A stretch of 64,000 nucleotides of DNA from an uncultured Nitrospinaceae bacterium. Its GTDB lineage: Bacteria; UBA8248. Where the stretch lies: the NCBI GenBank assembly GCA_964005815.1, contig CAXFSR010000037.1:1-64000 (forward strand), given 5' to 3'. Numbering within the stretch: position 1 is the stretch's first letter; each line of letters starts with the position of its first letter. Under the pieces are notes generated by a model. It was not told where the DNA came from, ran no database searches, and saw nothing but the letters and a program-made list of their open reading frames with translations. Below, in pieces: positions 38,890-47,822 of this stretch. A program made the position numbers and the translations under genes.

Positions 38890-40353
38890 CTAAGATTTTC
38901 TAGTCCCTAAAAATTTACTATATAAAAAAATTAATAAAATACCTACTAAAGTCACAGGAAAAGAACGATGTCCGAACATAAAAATCCAATCTTCCACCCT
39001 AAAAACTGAGGAGAAGAGAAATCCATTAAAATCCCATAAACATGTTTCTGAAACATGTCCATTAGGCTGAAGCGGTGTATTTGTAAAACAATTTTTTAGG
39101 TGTCTATCATTAATCGAAACTCCTATAAAATAAGTAATAAAAGATATACAACCTAGAAGAAAGTGAAAATTTCTACTTAATAGAGAAACTTTCAAAAAGT
39201 TTTTGACTGAAACAACAAAAAACACTACAGAGAAAACCGATATTGGCAATAAATATCTTGGTCCCCAACTCCAACCTCCAAACCACTCAATTGACTTAGA
39301 ATAACCGAGCATTAGCAATAGGGAAAAAGTAAGTGCACAAACTATAAAATAAATTCCTTGTTTATTAATTTCAGATTTGCGAAAAATTAGATAAAAGCCA
39401 ATAAAAAAACTTGGGGCGAAAAATATGATTCCTCGTGCAGGAGAGAATAAATGACCTAACATTCCCTTCAAGAAACTACCTGGGAATAAACCTCCTAATT
39501 CTCCGCTTTTCAATCCAACCATCGCAGTATAACCATATTGCAAAAAATTTCCTCTCCTAAGAAAATTTTCAGCGAATGTAATTGACAATCCGAAAATTAT
39601 TGCAAATCCACCTAAAATCAAAATTCTATTAAATAAAAAACCTGTAAGGAAATTTTTCAGAGTAAAATTTTTATTGCAAAAAAAATCCCATAAAATTATG
39701 CCTATAAAAAGAAAGGTAAAGACAAAAGAAAGAAGGGGATTAAGCCAAACTGCACATGAAGTAGAAAGGAAAAAAAATAAAAAACATTTTTTTGATACTC
39801 TTTTTCTTTCATATAACAGAAAACTCAAATAGTAGATGCAAAGAAAACTCATCAAGGTCCAGGTTATCTCTCCATAATAATCTTTAGCATGAGGGATGAT
39901 CATACTTCCAAAAAGCAAGAAAAAAGTTGAATACATCGATTCAAGTTCAGTAAAAGAAAAGACCTTTTTTAGAGAAAGAAAAAAAATCGCACATAGAAAA
40001 AAGACTAAAATTTTATTGTATCTTCGAACAATTTTTTCGATTCTTTCCAAGCGTTTTTTTCTATATTCTAAATCTCCTGATTTCATTTTGGTTGCAACGC
40101 GAAACCAAAGATCACCAGCAATATATAACGGAATAGAAAAAATAGGTTGCGCTAGACTATAAGGATCAGCTGTTAATTTTCCATCTTCCATAATCGTTCG
40201 AAGAGCATCCCATCTTTTGCCTCCATCTCCGCTAATAACACCTTTGTCTGAAAAGATAAGAACTAAAAAGATAATCGAGAAAAAAATACATATTCTCTTT
40301 TTTGATGAATTTATTTTAGAAGGGGAATCCTGTGGCAAAAGAATGTACTCCAA
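38890..40353 (-). CDS. Polytopic membrane protein, GT-C glycosyltransferase-like
   Basis: More than 10 hydrophobic segments, an early SGDG loop, LFSPARGIIFFAP and WFGGWSWGPRYLLP. Confidence 0.6.
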   Translation of the reverse strand: MEYILLPQDSPSKINSSKKRICIFFSIIFLVLIFSDKGVISGDGGKRWDALRTIMEDGKLTADPYSLAQPIFSIPLYIAGDLWFRVATKMKSGDLEYRKKRLERIEKIVRRYNKILVFFLCAIFFLSLKKVFSFTELESMYSTFFLLFGSMIIPHAKDYYGEITWTLMSFLCIYYLSFLLYERKRVSKKCFLFFFLSTSCAVWLNPLLSFVFTFLFIGIILWDFFCNKNFTLKNFLTGFLFNRILILGGFAIIFGLSITFAENFLRRGNFLQYGYTAMVGLKSGELGGLFPGSFLKGMLGHLFSPARGIIFFAPSFFIGFYLIFRKSEINKQGIYFIVCALTFSLLLMLGYSKSIEWFGGWSWGPRYLLPISVFSVVFFVVSVKNFLKVSLLSRNFHFLLGCISFITYFIGVSINDRHLKNCFTNTPLQPNGHVSETCLWDFNGFLFSSVFRVEDWIFMFGHRSFPVTLVGILLIFLYSKFLGTRKS

Positions 40354-40531
40354 AAAAATTTAAAAATTTTTATTCCATATTAAATTATATTCATTTTTCT
40401 ATACATCAAAAAAAGAAACAAAAACAGTTTATATACATATAACCATTATGCTCTTGACTTTTGTGAAATACATATCTACTTATGATTACTTTGGAAGTCA
40501 AAATAATTCAAAATAGGAAGACAAGAATTTT

Positions 40532-41857
40532 ATGAATATATGTGTCGTAGGATGTGGTTACGTGGGACTAGTAACTGCTGCAGCCTTTGCTGATTTTGGA
40601 AACGAAGTAGTAGCTCTTGATGTTGACAAAAAGAAAATCAAATCACTTTCATCAGGTGGATGTCCAATATATGAACCTGGCCTGAAAGAATTACTCGAAA
40701 GAAACAGAAAAGCAAAACGTATTCATTTTACCACTTCAATTTCTAATGCAGTTAAGAAAAGCGAAATAATTTTTATTTGTGTGGCAACTCCTTCAAAAAA
40801 AGATGGGAGCACCGATCTGTCACAAATTAAAGCTGCAGCATCTCAGATTGCAAAGAATATAAAAAGTCAAAAAATAATTGTTAACAAAAGCACTGTTCCA
40901 ATAGGAACAGGAGAACTTGTAGAGAAAGTAATAAATAAAAATTTAAAGAGACCTGTTCAATTTGATGTGGTTAGCAACCCTGAATTTCTGAGGGAAGGAC
41001 AAGCAATAAGAGATTTTTTTGAACCCGATAGGATTGTAATAGGATCTAATTCAGAAAAAGCAGCAGCAAAAGTTAAAGAATTATATAAAACTCTAAAATG
41101 TCCAGTTATTTCTACAGATTTATACAGTGCAGAATTAATAAAGTACGCCTCAAACGCATTTCTAGCTACAAAAATTAGTTTTATTAATAGCATAGCAAAT
41201 ATTTGTGAAACAACTGATGCAAATATAGATGATATAGCAATGGGATTAGGAACCGACAAGAGAATAGGTCATGACTTTCTTCAAGCTGGTCTCGGTTTTG
41301 GAGGTTCTTGTTTCCCAAAAGATTTACAGTCATTGCTTAGTACGTCTATCGAACTAAAAGTTCCTTTAAAAATAATCAAAGAGGTTATTGAACAAAACAA
41401 AGTAAGAGTCCCAAGAATTATTGAAAGAATTATTAAAAGAATCGGTTCTGGCAAAAGTCCTAAACTTTCCGGAAAAACAATAAGTGTCCTTGGTCTTGCT
41501 TTTAAACCTAATACTGATGATTTACGAGAGGCAAAGAGTATAGAAATCTGTAATGCTATTCTCAAAGAGGGTGCATCCATTAATACTTATGATCCAATTG
41601 CAATGGAAAAAGCAAAAGCTATTCTAAAGAACAGTAAAGTAAACTTTTGCAGAAACCCTTACAACGCAGCTGACAAATCAGATGCAGCTATTTTTATTAC
41701 TGAATGGCCAGAATTCAAACAATTAGACCTGAAAAGACTTACAAAAAATATGAACAGTGCAATAATTTTTGACGGCAGAAATATTTATGACATTAATGAA
41801 ATGAGAAAACTAAAAATTGAATACCACAGCATAGGCCGACCTAGTTATTACCCTTAA
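40532..41857 (+). CDS. ugd: UDP-glucose 6-dehydrogenase
   Basis: GCGYVGL, NKSTVP, SNPEFLREG, GFGGSCFPKD and FKPNTDDLRE motifs. Confidence 0.95.
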   Translation: MNICVVGCGYVGLVTAAAFADFGNEVVALDVDKKKIKSLSSGGCPIYEPGLKELLERNRKAKRIHFTTSISNAVKKSEIIFICVATPSKKDGSTDLSQIKAAASQIAKNIKSQKIIVNKSTVPIGTGELVEKVINKNLKRPVQFDVVSNPEFLREGQAIRDFFEPDRIVIGSNSEKAAAKVKELYKTLKCPVISTDLYSAELIKYASNAFLATKISFINSIANICETTDANIDDIAMGLGTDKRIGHDFLQAGLGFGGSCFPKDLQSLLSTSIELKVPLKIIKEVIEQNKVRVPRIIERIIKRIGSGKSPKLSGKTISVLGLAFKPNTDDLREAKSIEICNAILKEGASINTYDPIAMEKAKAILKNSKVNFCRNPYNAADKSDAAIFITEWPEFKQLDLKRLTKNMNSAIIFDGRNIYDINEMRKLKIEYHSIGRPSYYP

Positions 41858-41868
41858 TGTTTTCTTAA

Positions 41869-42828
41869 CTAACTGTGATTTAAAGAATCTACAAAAAGGG
41901 CAATCCCGTCTTCAAGACTTAATTTGGGTTCCCAACCAGTTTTCTTATAGAAATTCAAAGATGACAAACTTATACTATCCAATTCCCCCTGTCTTAGGGG
42001 TAATTTTTCAACTCTAGATGGTTCTTTACCTAGAAATTTGATTAAACAATCCATAACATCTTCTACTTTAGTAGCTATCCCTGTGCCTAAATTAAAAACT
42101 TCTCCTTTAAAATCTAGTTGTGAAGAAATATTAAAAGCATCTACTACATCAGATACATAGATGTAGTCCCGACGTGCTTTTCCGAAACCAAACAAAACTA
42201 AAGTTTCTTCGTTAATAATTTTTTCTGTAAAAATAGAGATTACTCCAGATTCTAAATCTGGTCTTTGCCTTGGACCATAAACATTTCCTAAGCGAAAATT
42301 AACCGTGGAAAAACCATATAACCTTGAATAAAGAGAAACATAATATTCAGCAGCTAATTTACTAGCTCCATATTGCGAAATTGGTTGAACATCACAATTT
42401 TCGTCTACTGGAATTTCAACAGGACTTCCATAAGCAGCACCTCCAGTCGAAGAATAGATAAATCTAGGTTTTTGTTCTAAGTTCTTGATAGATTCAAGTA
42501 ATAGTAAAGTACCTATTACATTTACATTTGAGTCTAAACTAGGATCATTGACACTTCTCGTAACACTCGATTGAGCTGCAAGATGAATCACTAAATTTGG
42601 ATTAAATTCAGAAACAACACTATGTAAAAAACCTTTTTCAGTGATATCCCCATGAATAAAATTACAAGCAGAAGGAATATTAGAACTTTGACCAGTAGAA
42701 AGATTATCAACTACCAAAACCTCAAAAGAGGAATCGACAAAAAACTCACAAACATGGCTCCCAATAAAACCTGCTCCTCCTGTAACCATGCACCTAGACA
42801 TAATAAACATTCCTTTTAAATTTTGCAC
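41869..42828 (-). CDS. UDP-glucose 4-epimerase-like SDR
   Basis: TGGAGFIGSH, HLAAQ, SSTGGAAYG, YGASK and NVYGPRQ motifs. Confidence 0.9.
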   Translation of the reverse strand: MQNLKGMFIMSRCMVTGGAGFIGSHVCEFFVDSSFEVLVVDNLSTGQSSNIPSACNFIHGDITEKGFLHSVVSEFNPNLVIHLAAQSSVTRSVNDPSLDSNVNVIGTLLLLESIKNLEQKPRFIYSSTGGAAYGSPVEIPVDENCDVQPISQYGASKLAAEYYVSLYSRLYGFSTVNFRLGNVYGPRQRPDLESGVISIFTEKIINEETLVLFGFGKARRDYIYVSDVVDAFNISSQLDFKGEVFNLGTGIATKVEDVMDCLIKFLGKEPSRVEKLPLRQGELDSISLSSLNFYKKTGWEPKLSLEDGIALFVDSLNHS

Positions 42829-42959
42829 AAATAAAAAAAATAGAATAGATTAGTACCTAGTAATACCCTTTAGGACTAAAGATTTCAAACAATAGAATAA
42901 TAAGCGACAAAATATTGACATGTAGTAATTAAAATAAAATCTTTAAACGTAGGAAAATC

Positions 42960-44081
42960 ATGAAGATTATTCTTTTCGGTAAAAGTTTTATTTACCTTCT
43001 CCTTCTTTTTTTTGTTATTTCATGTGAAAACAAAAGTAAAAGTTCAATAATTCATGAAAATAAAATTCCAAGACATGGTCATACACAAATTTATAAGAAT
43101 AACAAAATTTTTATAATTGCTGGCCTCACAAAAAAATTACCTTTGAATTCTATTGAAATTTTCAACATAGAGAAGAACATTTTTGAAAAAATCATACCTG
43201 TTAATTTTTTAAAAAGAGGTTGGCATAGGACTTCAAAGTTGCAAAAAGACTTTTTGCTAATTTCTGGTGGTTGGAGCAATGGGAATCTTGCACTAAGAGA
43301 ATCTATCATTATTAAAATTCCTTCTCTAAAAATTAAAGCAAAGCCAAATCTAAATATAGGCAGATATGACCATACCTCGACATCAATTTCAGATTCTAAA
43401 ATTCTGATTACTGGAGGAAATGATGGCAAAAGAGCACTTCGCTCAATTGAAATATTTGATATGAATCAATCAAAATTTATAACCAATAAGCAGCCCTTAT
43501 ACCATAGAAGGCAACAACACACGGCAACAATTTTAAAAAATAGGAATATTCTTATTTTGGGCGGAACTTCAGATAACAGAACTTCCTATGCAGAAATTTT
43601 CCAGTTAGAAAATTACAGAACCAAGTTAGTGAGAACTCCCTTGAATAATGCTAGAAGTAGACACACATCGACTCTATTGAATGACGGAAGGGTTTTGATA
43701 ACTGGCGGTTTAGGTAGTAAAGGAACACTTAAAACTGCAGAGATTTTTAATCCTACAGAAGAAAAAATAACTTTATTAAAAAATCAGATGTTGGTTGCAA
43801 GGCAACAACATACCTCAACAATTTTGCCAGATGGAAGAATTGTCATTATTGGGGGATGGGGAGGAGGAGGAAAAACTTTAGATTCCATTGAAATTTTTTA
43901 TCCAACTTTAAATTGCTTTGAAAAGTTTGGAATACTCTCGCAACCTAGGAGGTTCCATAGTTCAACATTTATTAGTGATAATAAGATTTTAGTAGTCGGT
44001 GGAGCTTCAGATGAAAAAGTTCATTCTAATTCTGAAACTATTCATATCGGAAAAAGAAAGAAAAATGTTTCGTGCGATTAA
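42960..44081 (+). CDS. Kelch-repeat beta-propeller lipoprotein
   Basis: Lipobox-like FFVISC; about 7 repeats of R..H(T/S).T.L..G.(V/I)LI.GG......EIF. Confidence 0.85.
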   Translation: MKIILFGKSFIYLLLLFFVISCENKSKSSIIHENKIPRHGHTQIYKNNKIFIIAGLTKKLPLNSIEIFNIEKNIFEKIIPVNFLKRGWHRTSKLQKDFLLISGGWSNGNLALRESIIIKIPSLKIKAKPNLNIGRYDHTSTSISDSKILITGGNDGKRALRSIEIFDMNQSKFITNKQPLYHRRQQHTATILKNRNILILGGTSDNRTSYAEIFQLENYRTKLVRTPLNNARSRHTSTLLNDGRVLITGGLGSKGTLKTAEIFNPTEEKITLLKNQMLVARQQHTSTILPDGRIVIIGGWGGGGKTLDSIEIFYPTLNCFEKFGILSQPRRFHSSTFISDNKILVVGGASDEKVHSNSETIHIGKRKKNVSCD

Positions 44082-44211
44082 TTGAATCCTTGTCTTGATT
44101 TTCCTAAAACCCTTTTCCTCTGTTAATATATTTTTTTTTCATATATTGTAGTTCTATAAACTTTTAATTCTTTAAATTACATAAGATCTATTTGAGTCTT
44201 TAGATCTAAAA

Positions 44212-45381
44212 GTGAGGATTATTATGAAACTTCCTTTTAATGAAAAAAAATTAGAAACCTTAATGGATGAAATTGGCGCAGACTTAATTTTAGTATCTTC
44301 TAAAGAAAACGTACATTATTTTTTGGGTGGTTATCGATTTTTCTTTTTTTCACATAAAGACGCACTAGGTGTCAGCAGATATTTACCATTAATAGGCTAT
44401 CCTAAATCAAGTAAAGAAGACACTTTCTACATAGGAAATGCCATGGAAGTATGGCAACAAGAAGTAGAACCTTTTTGGATAAAAAATATTTTAAATAATC
44501 AATGGTTGAGTGACCAAGCAGGTGTAGACGCTGCAAATTTTATTCGTAAAATTGGCCTTGAGAATGGAACTATCGCTGTTGAAAAAGCATTTTTGCCATC
44601 TGACACCTTTGATTCTCTTCAAAAAGAACTACCAAACGCAAGCTTCGTAGATGCTGTATGGGCTCTAGAAGAGTTAAGAGTCATAAAAACACCAAAAGAA
44701 CTTGATATGCTTAAAACTGCCTCAGAAAAAATTGTAGATTGTATGACTAACGTGATGCAAACAACATTACCAGGAACTACGACGTACGAAATTGCGGAAA
44801 CTATGCGACGTAAAGAAACTTCGATGGGACTGGATTTTGAATACTGTCTAACATCCACTGGTCCGAGCTATAATCGTGCTCCTTCAAATGCGAAATGGGA
44901 TGAAGGAAAAATTATTTCTTTAGATTCTGGAGGAAATTGGAAAGGATATCTCGGAGATTTATGTAGAATGGGTGTTATGGGAGAACCTACTCCCTTAATG
45001 GTCGAACTGTTAGATGAAGTCAAATCTATACAATCTGCCGCACGTTCAACCGTGAAACCAGGCGTAACAGGAAAAGAAATTTTTCAATCTGCACTAGATG
45101 AACAATCAAAATGTGCACACAGCGATGAAATAATTTTTCTTGCTCACGGCATGGGAATGATACAACACGAAGCACCTCACTTAACTTCGGAAGGAGTTGT
45201 ACCATACCCAGGAACATATGCAGAGCGCCCACTTTCTCCTGGTATGGTTCTTTCGATAGAAACTGACATGAAAAATCCTGATGTTGGATTTGTTAAATTA
45301 GAGGATACGATTGTCGTAACTGAAAATGGTCATGAAGCATATGGAGATCAAAGTCGTGACTGGGTTATTAACCAAAGCTAG
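44212..45381 (+). CDS. M24 Xaa-Pro aminopeptidase-family hydrolase
   Basis: LRVIKTPKE, DSGG...YLGDLCR, HGMG..HEAP, SIET and LEDT; metal ligands intact. Confidence 0.88.
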   Translation: MRIIMKLPFNEKKLETLMDEIGADLILVSSKENVHYFLGGYRFFFFSHKDALGVSRYLPLIGYPKSSKEDTFYIGNAMEVWQQEVEPFWIKNILNNQWLSDQAGVDAANFIRKIGLENGTIAVEKAFLPSDTFDSLQKELPNASFVDAVWALEELRVIKTPKELDMLKTASEKIVDCMTNVMQTTLPGTTTYEIAETMRRKETSMGLDFEYCLTSTGPSYNRAPSNAKWDEGKIISLDSGGNWKGYLGDLCRMGVMGEPTPLMVELLDEVKSIQSAARSTVKPGVTGKEIFQSALDEQSKCAHSDEIIFLAHGMGMIQHEAPHLTSEGVVPYPGTYAERPLSPGMVLSIETDMKNPDVGFVKLEDTIVVTENGHEAYGDQSRDWVINQS

Positions 45382-45412
45382 ATTTCCGGATAATTGAAAA
45401 GGCTTACAAAAG

Positions 45413-46588
45413 ATGGATTTTGGTATAACCCCCGAAAATAGAGACCTTGTAGAAAAAGCTAGAATCTACGCAAAAGAAATACTTTATGAGCGTGCGGAAA
45501 AATATGACCAAGAGGGTCGTTTCCCAAGAGAGAACTTCGAAGACTTATCTAAAGTTGGTTTTACAAGTCTTACGCTACCAAAAAAGTATGGTGGAAGAGA
45601 CCTTTATTCTGATCCCTCAACATATGCAACGGTTCTGTATGAATTATCTAAAGCCTGTACTAATACGGCTATGCTGTTTCATATGCACAGTTCTATAACT
45701 CACGTTATTACATTGCTAGGAACAGAAAAACAATCCGAACTATATTCTAAAGAAGTAAACAAAGGAAAGATTTTTGCAAGTTGGGCCAGCGAAAACACTT
45801 CAAGTCTTCACGGTCAAATGGTAATGGACACAAAGGCAAAACTAAACGAAGACCATTACCTTGTAAATGGCAAAAAATACTTCTGTTCTATGGCAGGAGA
45901 AGCGGATTATTATGTCTTGTGGTGTCAGCTTGAAAATGAAGAAGACTTATCAAAAAGTATTGTTTTACTAATTGCTCCTTCCAATACAAAAGGTTTTATC
46001 ATTGAAGATAATTGGGACACATCCGCGATGCGCGGAACAATGAGTCATTCTATGGAATACAAAAACGTAAAAATACCTCTAAAAAATTTAATAGGAACCC
46101 CTGGAGATGCAATTAGACCAGATGTTTTACCTAAATTTGGTTTTGGTTATTCTGCAGTATATCTCGGTACCGGCGGGGGTGCTTTCGAATGGGTAACAGA
46201 TTATGCAAAAAAAAGGAAATTAAAACCAGATAATGTTCCTATTGCAAATTTCCCAAATATACAAATACGTATCGGAGAAATGAAAGTTCAGCTTGAAAGT
46301 GCACTTCTCATGGTTCAAAGAGCGGGTTGGTTAATCGGAACAAAAGGTGCGGAAAATGCCTATGGCGCAATAAATGAAGCAAAACATATCGCTGCTAAAA
46401 CTGCGGCCATGATCACAGAAAACGCAATGCAAATAGCGGGTGCTCCAAGCTTACTAAGGGATTTTCCCCTTGAACGTTATCATCGTGAAGCTAGAGCTGG
46501 TCTTGTAATGCCACCAAACGTAGAAAAAGCACTAGAACTTAGTGCAAAAACTTTTGTAGAGGGTTCTGCAGGTTCTTTAATGACTTGA
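45413..46588 (+). CDS. Acyl-CoA dehydrogenase-fold flavoprotein (atypical, paralog 1)
   Basis: YDQEGRFP, MLFHMH, NGKKYFCS, MRGTMS and LERYHREARAGLVMPP motifs. Confidence 0.88.
   Translation: MDFGITPENRDLVEKARIYAKEILYERAEKYDQEGRFPRENFEDLSKVGFTSLTLPKKYGGRDLYSDPSTYATVLYELSKACTNTAMLFHMHSSITHVITLLGTEKQSELYSKEVNKGKIFASWASENTSSLHGQMVMDTKAKLNEDHYLVNGKKYFCSMAGEADYYVLWCQLENEEDLSKSIVLLIAPSNTKGFIIEDNWDTSAMRGTMSHSMEYKNVKIPLKNLIGTPGDAIRPDVLPKFGFGYSAVYLGTGGGAFEWVTDYAKKRKLKPDNVPIANFPNIQIRIGEMKVQLESALLMVQRAGWLIGTKGAENAYGAINEAKHIAAKTAAMITENAMQIAGAPSLLRDFPLERYHREARAGLVMPPNVEKALELSAKTFVEGSAGSLMT
46205..46247 (+). repeat. 43-nt near-identical repeat shared with 47409..47451
   Basis: gcaaaaaaaag(g/a)aaattaaaaccagataatgttcctattgcaa, one mismatch, encoding AKKRKLKPDNVPIA in both paralogs. 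Confidence 0.9.
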
Positions 46589-46601
46589 AGTTTTCTTCTA
46601 A

Positions 46602-47777
46602 TTGGATAAAAGAAGAATGGATTTAAAACTAAATAAAAAGAATAAAGACTTAGTAGATAAAGCTAAAGAAATTTCTACTAGTGTTCTTGCGCCCAATGCA
46701 GATAAATATGATTCCAGTGCAGAATTTCCCAGAAAGAATTTTGACAAATTAGCGAAAATTGGATTTACAAAATTAACTCTCCCAATTGAAGATGGTGGAA
46801 GAGACCTCTATAGCGATCCTACTACTTATGTGACGGTATTTTATGAACTTGCAAAAGGATGTGGTAGTACTGCCTTGACGCTACATATGCACAATTCCGT
46901 CTTATTTTCTTTAATGAATCTAGGAACTAAAGAACAAATTCTAAGATATAGAAAATTTGCCAAAAATGGAAAAATATTCGCAAGTCATGCAGCTGAAATT
47001 ACAACAAATGCACAATGGAAAAGAGATGTTTCTACTATTATTTCGAAAAAAAATAATGAGTTTTTTTTAAATGGGGAAAAATATTTCTGTACCATGGCTG
47101 GAGAAGCTGATTTTTATGTTATATGGGCACTTTTAGAAAATTCAAAGAATACATCTGAAGGATTACGATTTGCGGTCGTAGACTCAAAAAATGAGGGCTT
47201 TTCGATAGTTCGACGTTGGGATTCATATGCTATGAGGGCTACGACTAGCCATTCCATGAAATATGAAAATGTAAAATTAAATGAAAAAGATATCGTAGGA
47301 AAAGCTGGGGATGTGGACAGACTTGATCTTGTCCCCAAATTTGCTTTAGGTTATGCCGCAATTTATCTAGGAATAGGATCTTCTGCTTTGGATTGGACGA
47401 TTTCGTACGCAAAAAAAAGAAAATTAAAACCAGATAATGTTCCTATTGCAAGTTATCCCCAAATACAGCGTTTACTTGGTAAAATGAATATTTCACATGA
47501 GGCAGCTAAACTAATGGTAGAAAAAGCAGCATGGAAACTTGAAAAATTTAGTACTGAAGAAGCTTTTTTAGCTATTAATGAAGCAAAATACGCAGCTTCT
47601 AAAGCTTCTGCTTCAATCACTGATAATGCTATTCAAGTTTTGGGCGGACCTAGTCTTTTTAAAGGATACCCTATTCAGAGATTCCACCGAGATGCAAGAG
47701 CAGGTTTAGTTATGCCACCAAATTCAGATAGATCTTTGATTTCTATAGCAGAGTTCTATTTAAAAGGAATAAAATGA
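46602..47777 (+). CDS. Acyl-CoA dehydrogenase-fold flavoprotein (atypical, paralog 2)
   Basis: LTLHMH, NGEKYFCT, MRATTS and IQRFHRDARAGLVMPP; probable start at ATG 46617. Confidence 0.88.
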   Translation: MDKRRMDLKLNKKNKDLVDKAKEISTSVLAPNADKYDSSAEFPRKNFDKLAKIGFTKLTLPIEDGGRDLYSDPTTYVTVFYELAKGCGSTALTLHMHNSVLFSLMNLGTKEQILRYRKFAKNGKIFASHAAEITTNAQWKRDVSTIISKKNNEFFLNGEKYFCTMAGEADFYVIWALLENSKNTSEGLRFAVVDSKNEGFSIVRRWDSYAMRATTSHSMKYENVKLNEKDIVGKAGDVDRLDLVPKFALGYAAIYLGIGSSALDWTISYAKKRKLKPDNVPIASYPQIQRLLGKMNISHEAAKLMVEKAAWKLEKFSTEEAFLAINEAKYAASKASASITDNAIQVLGGPSLFKGYPIQRFHRDARAGLVMPPNSDRSLISIAEFYLKGIK

Positions 47778-47822
47778 ATATAAAATTTTTTAGATATTGT
47801 AAGAAGAGAAAGGGGGAGAAAT

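Noticed and set aside
27250..42900. Integrative element or prophage at selC or tRNA-Pro
   Set aside because: No integrase, transposase or phage gene, and I found no duplicated tRNA 3' end by eye.
42915..42940. TTGACA upstream of the Kelch gene as a promoter
   Set aside because: The best -10 (TAAAAT) is only 14 nt away; not supportable.
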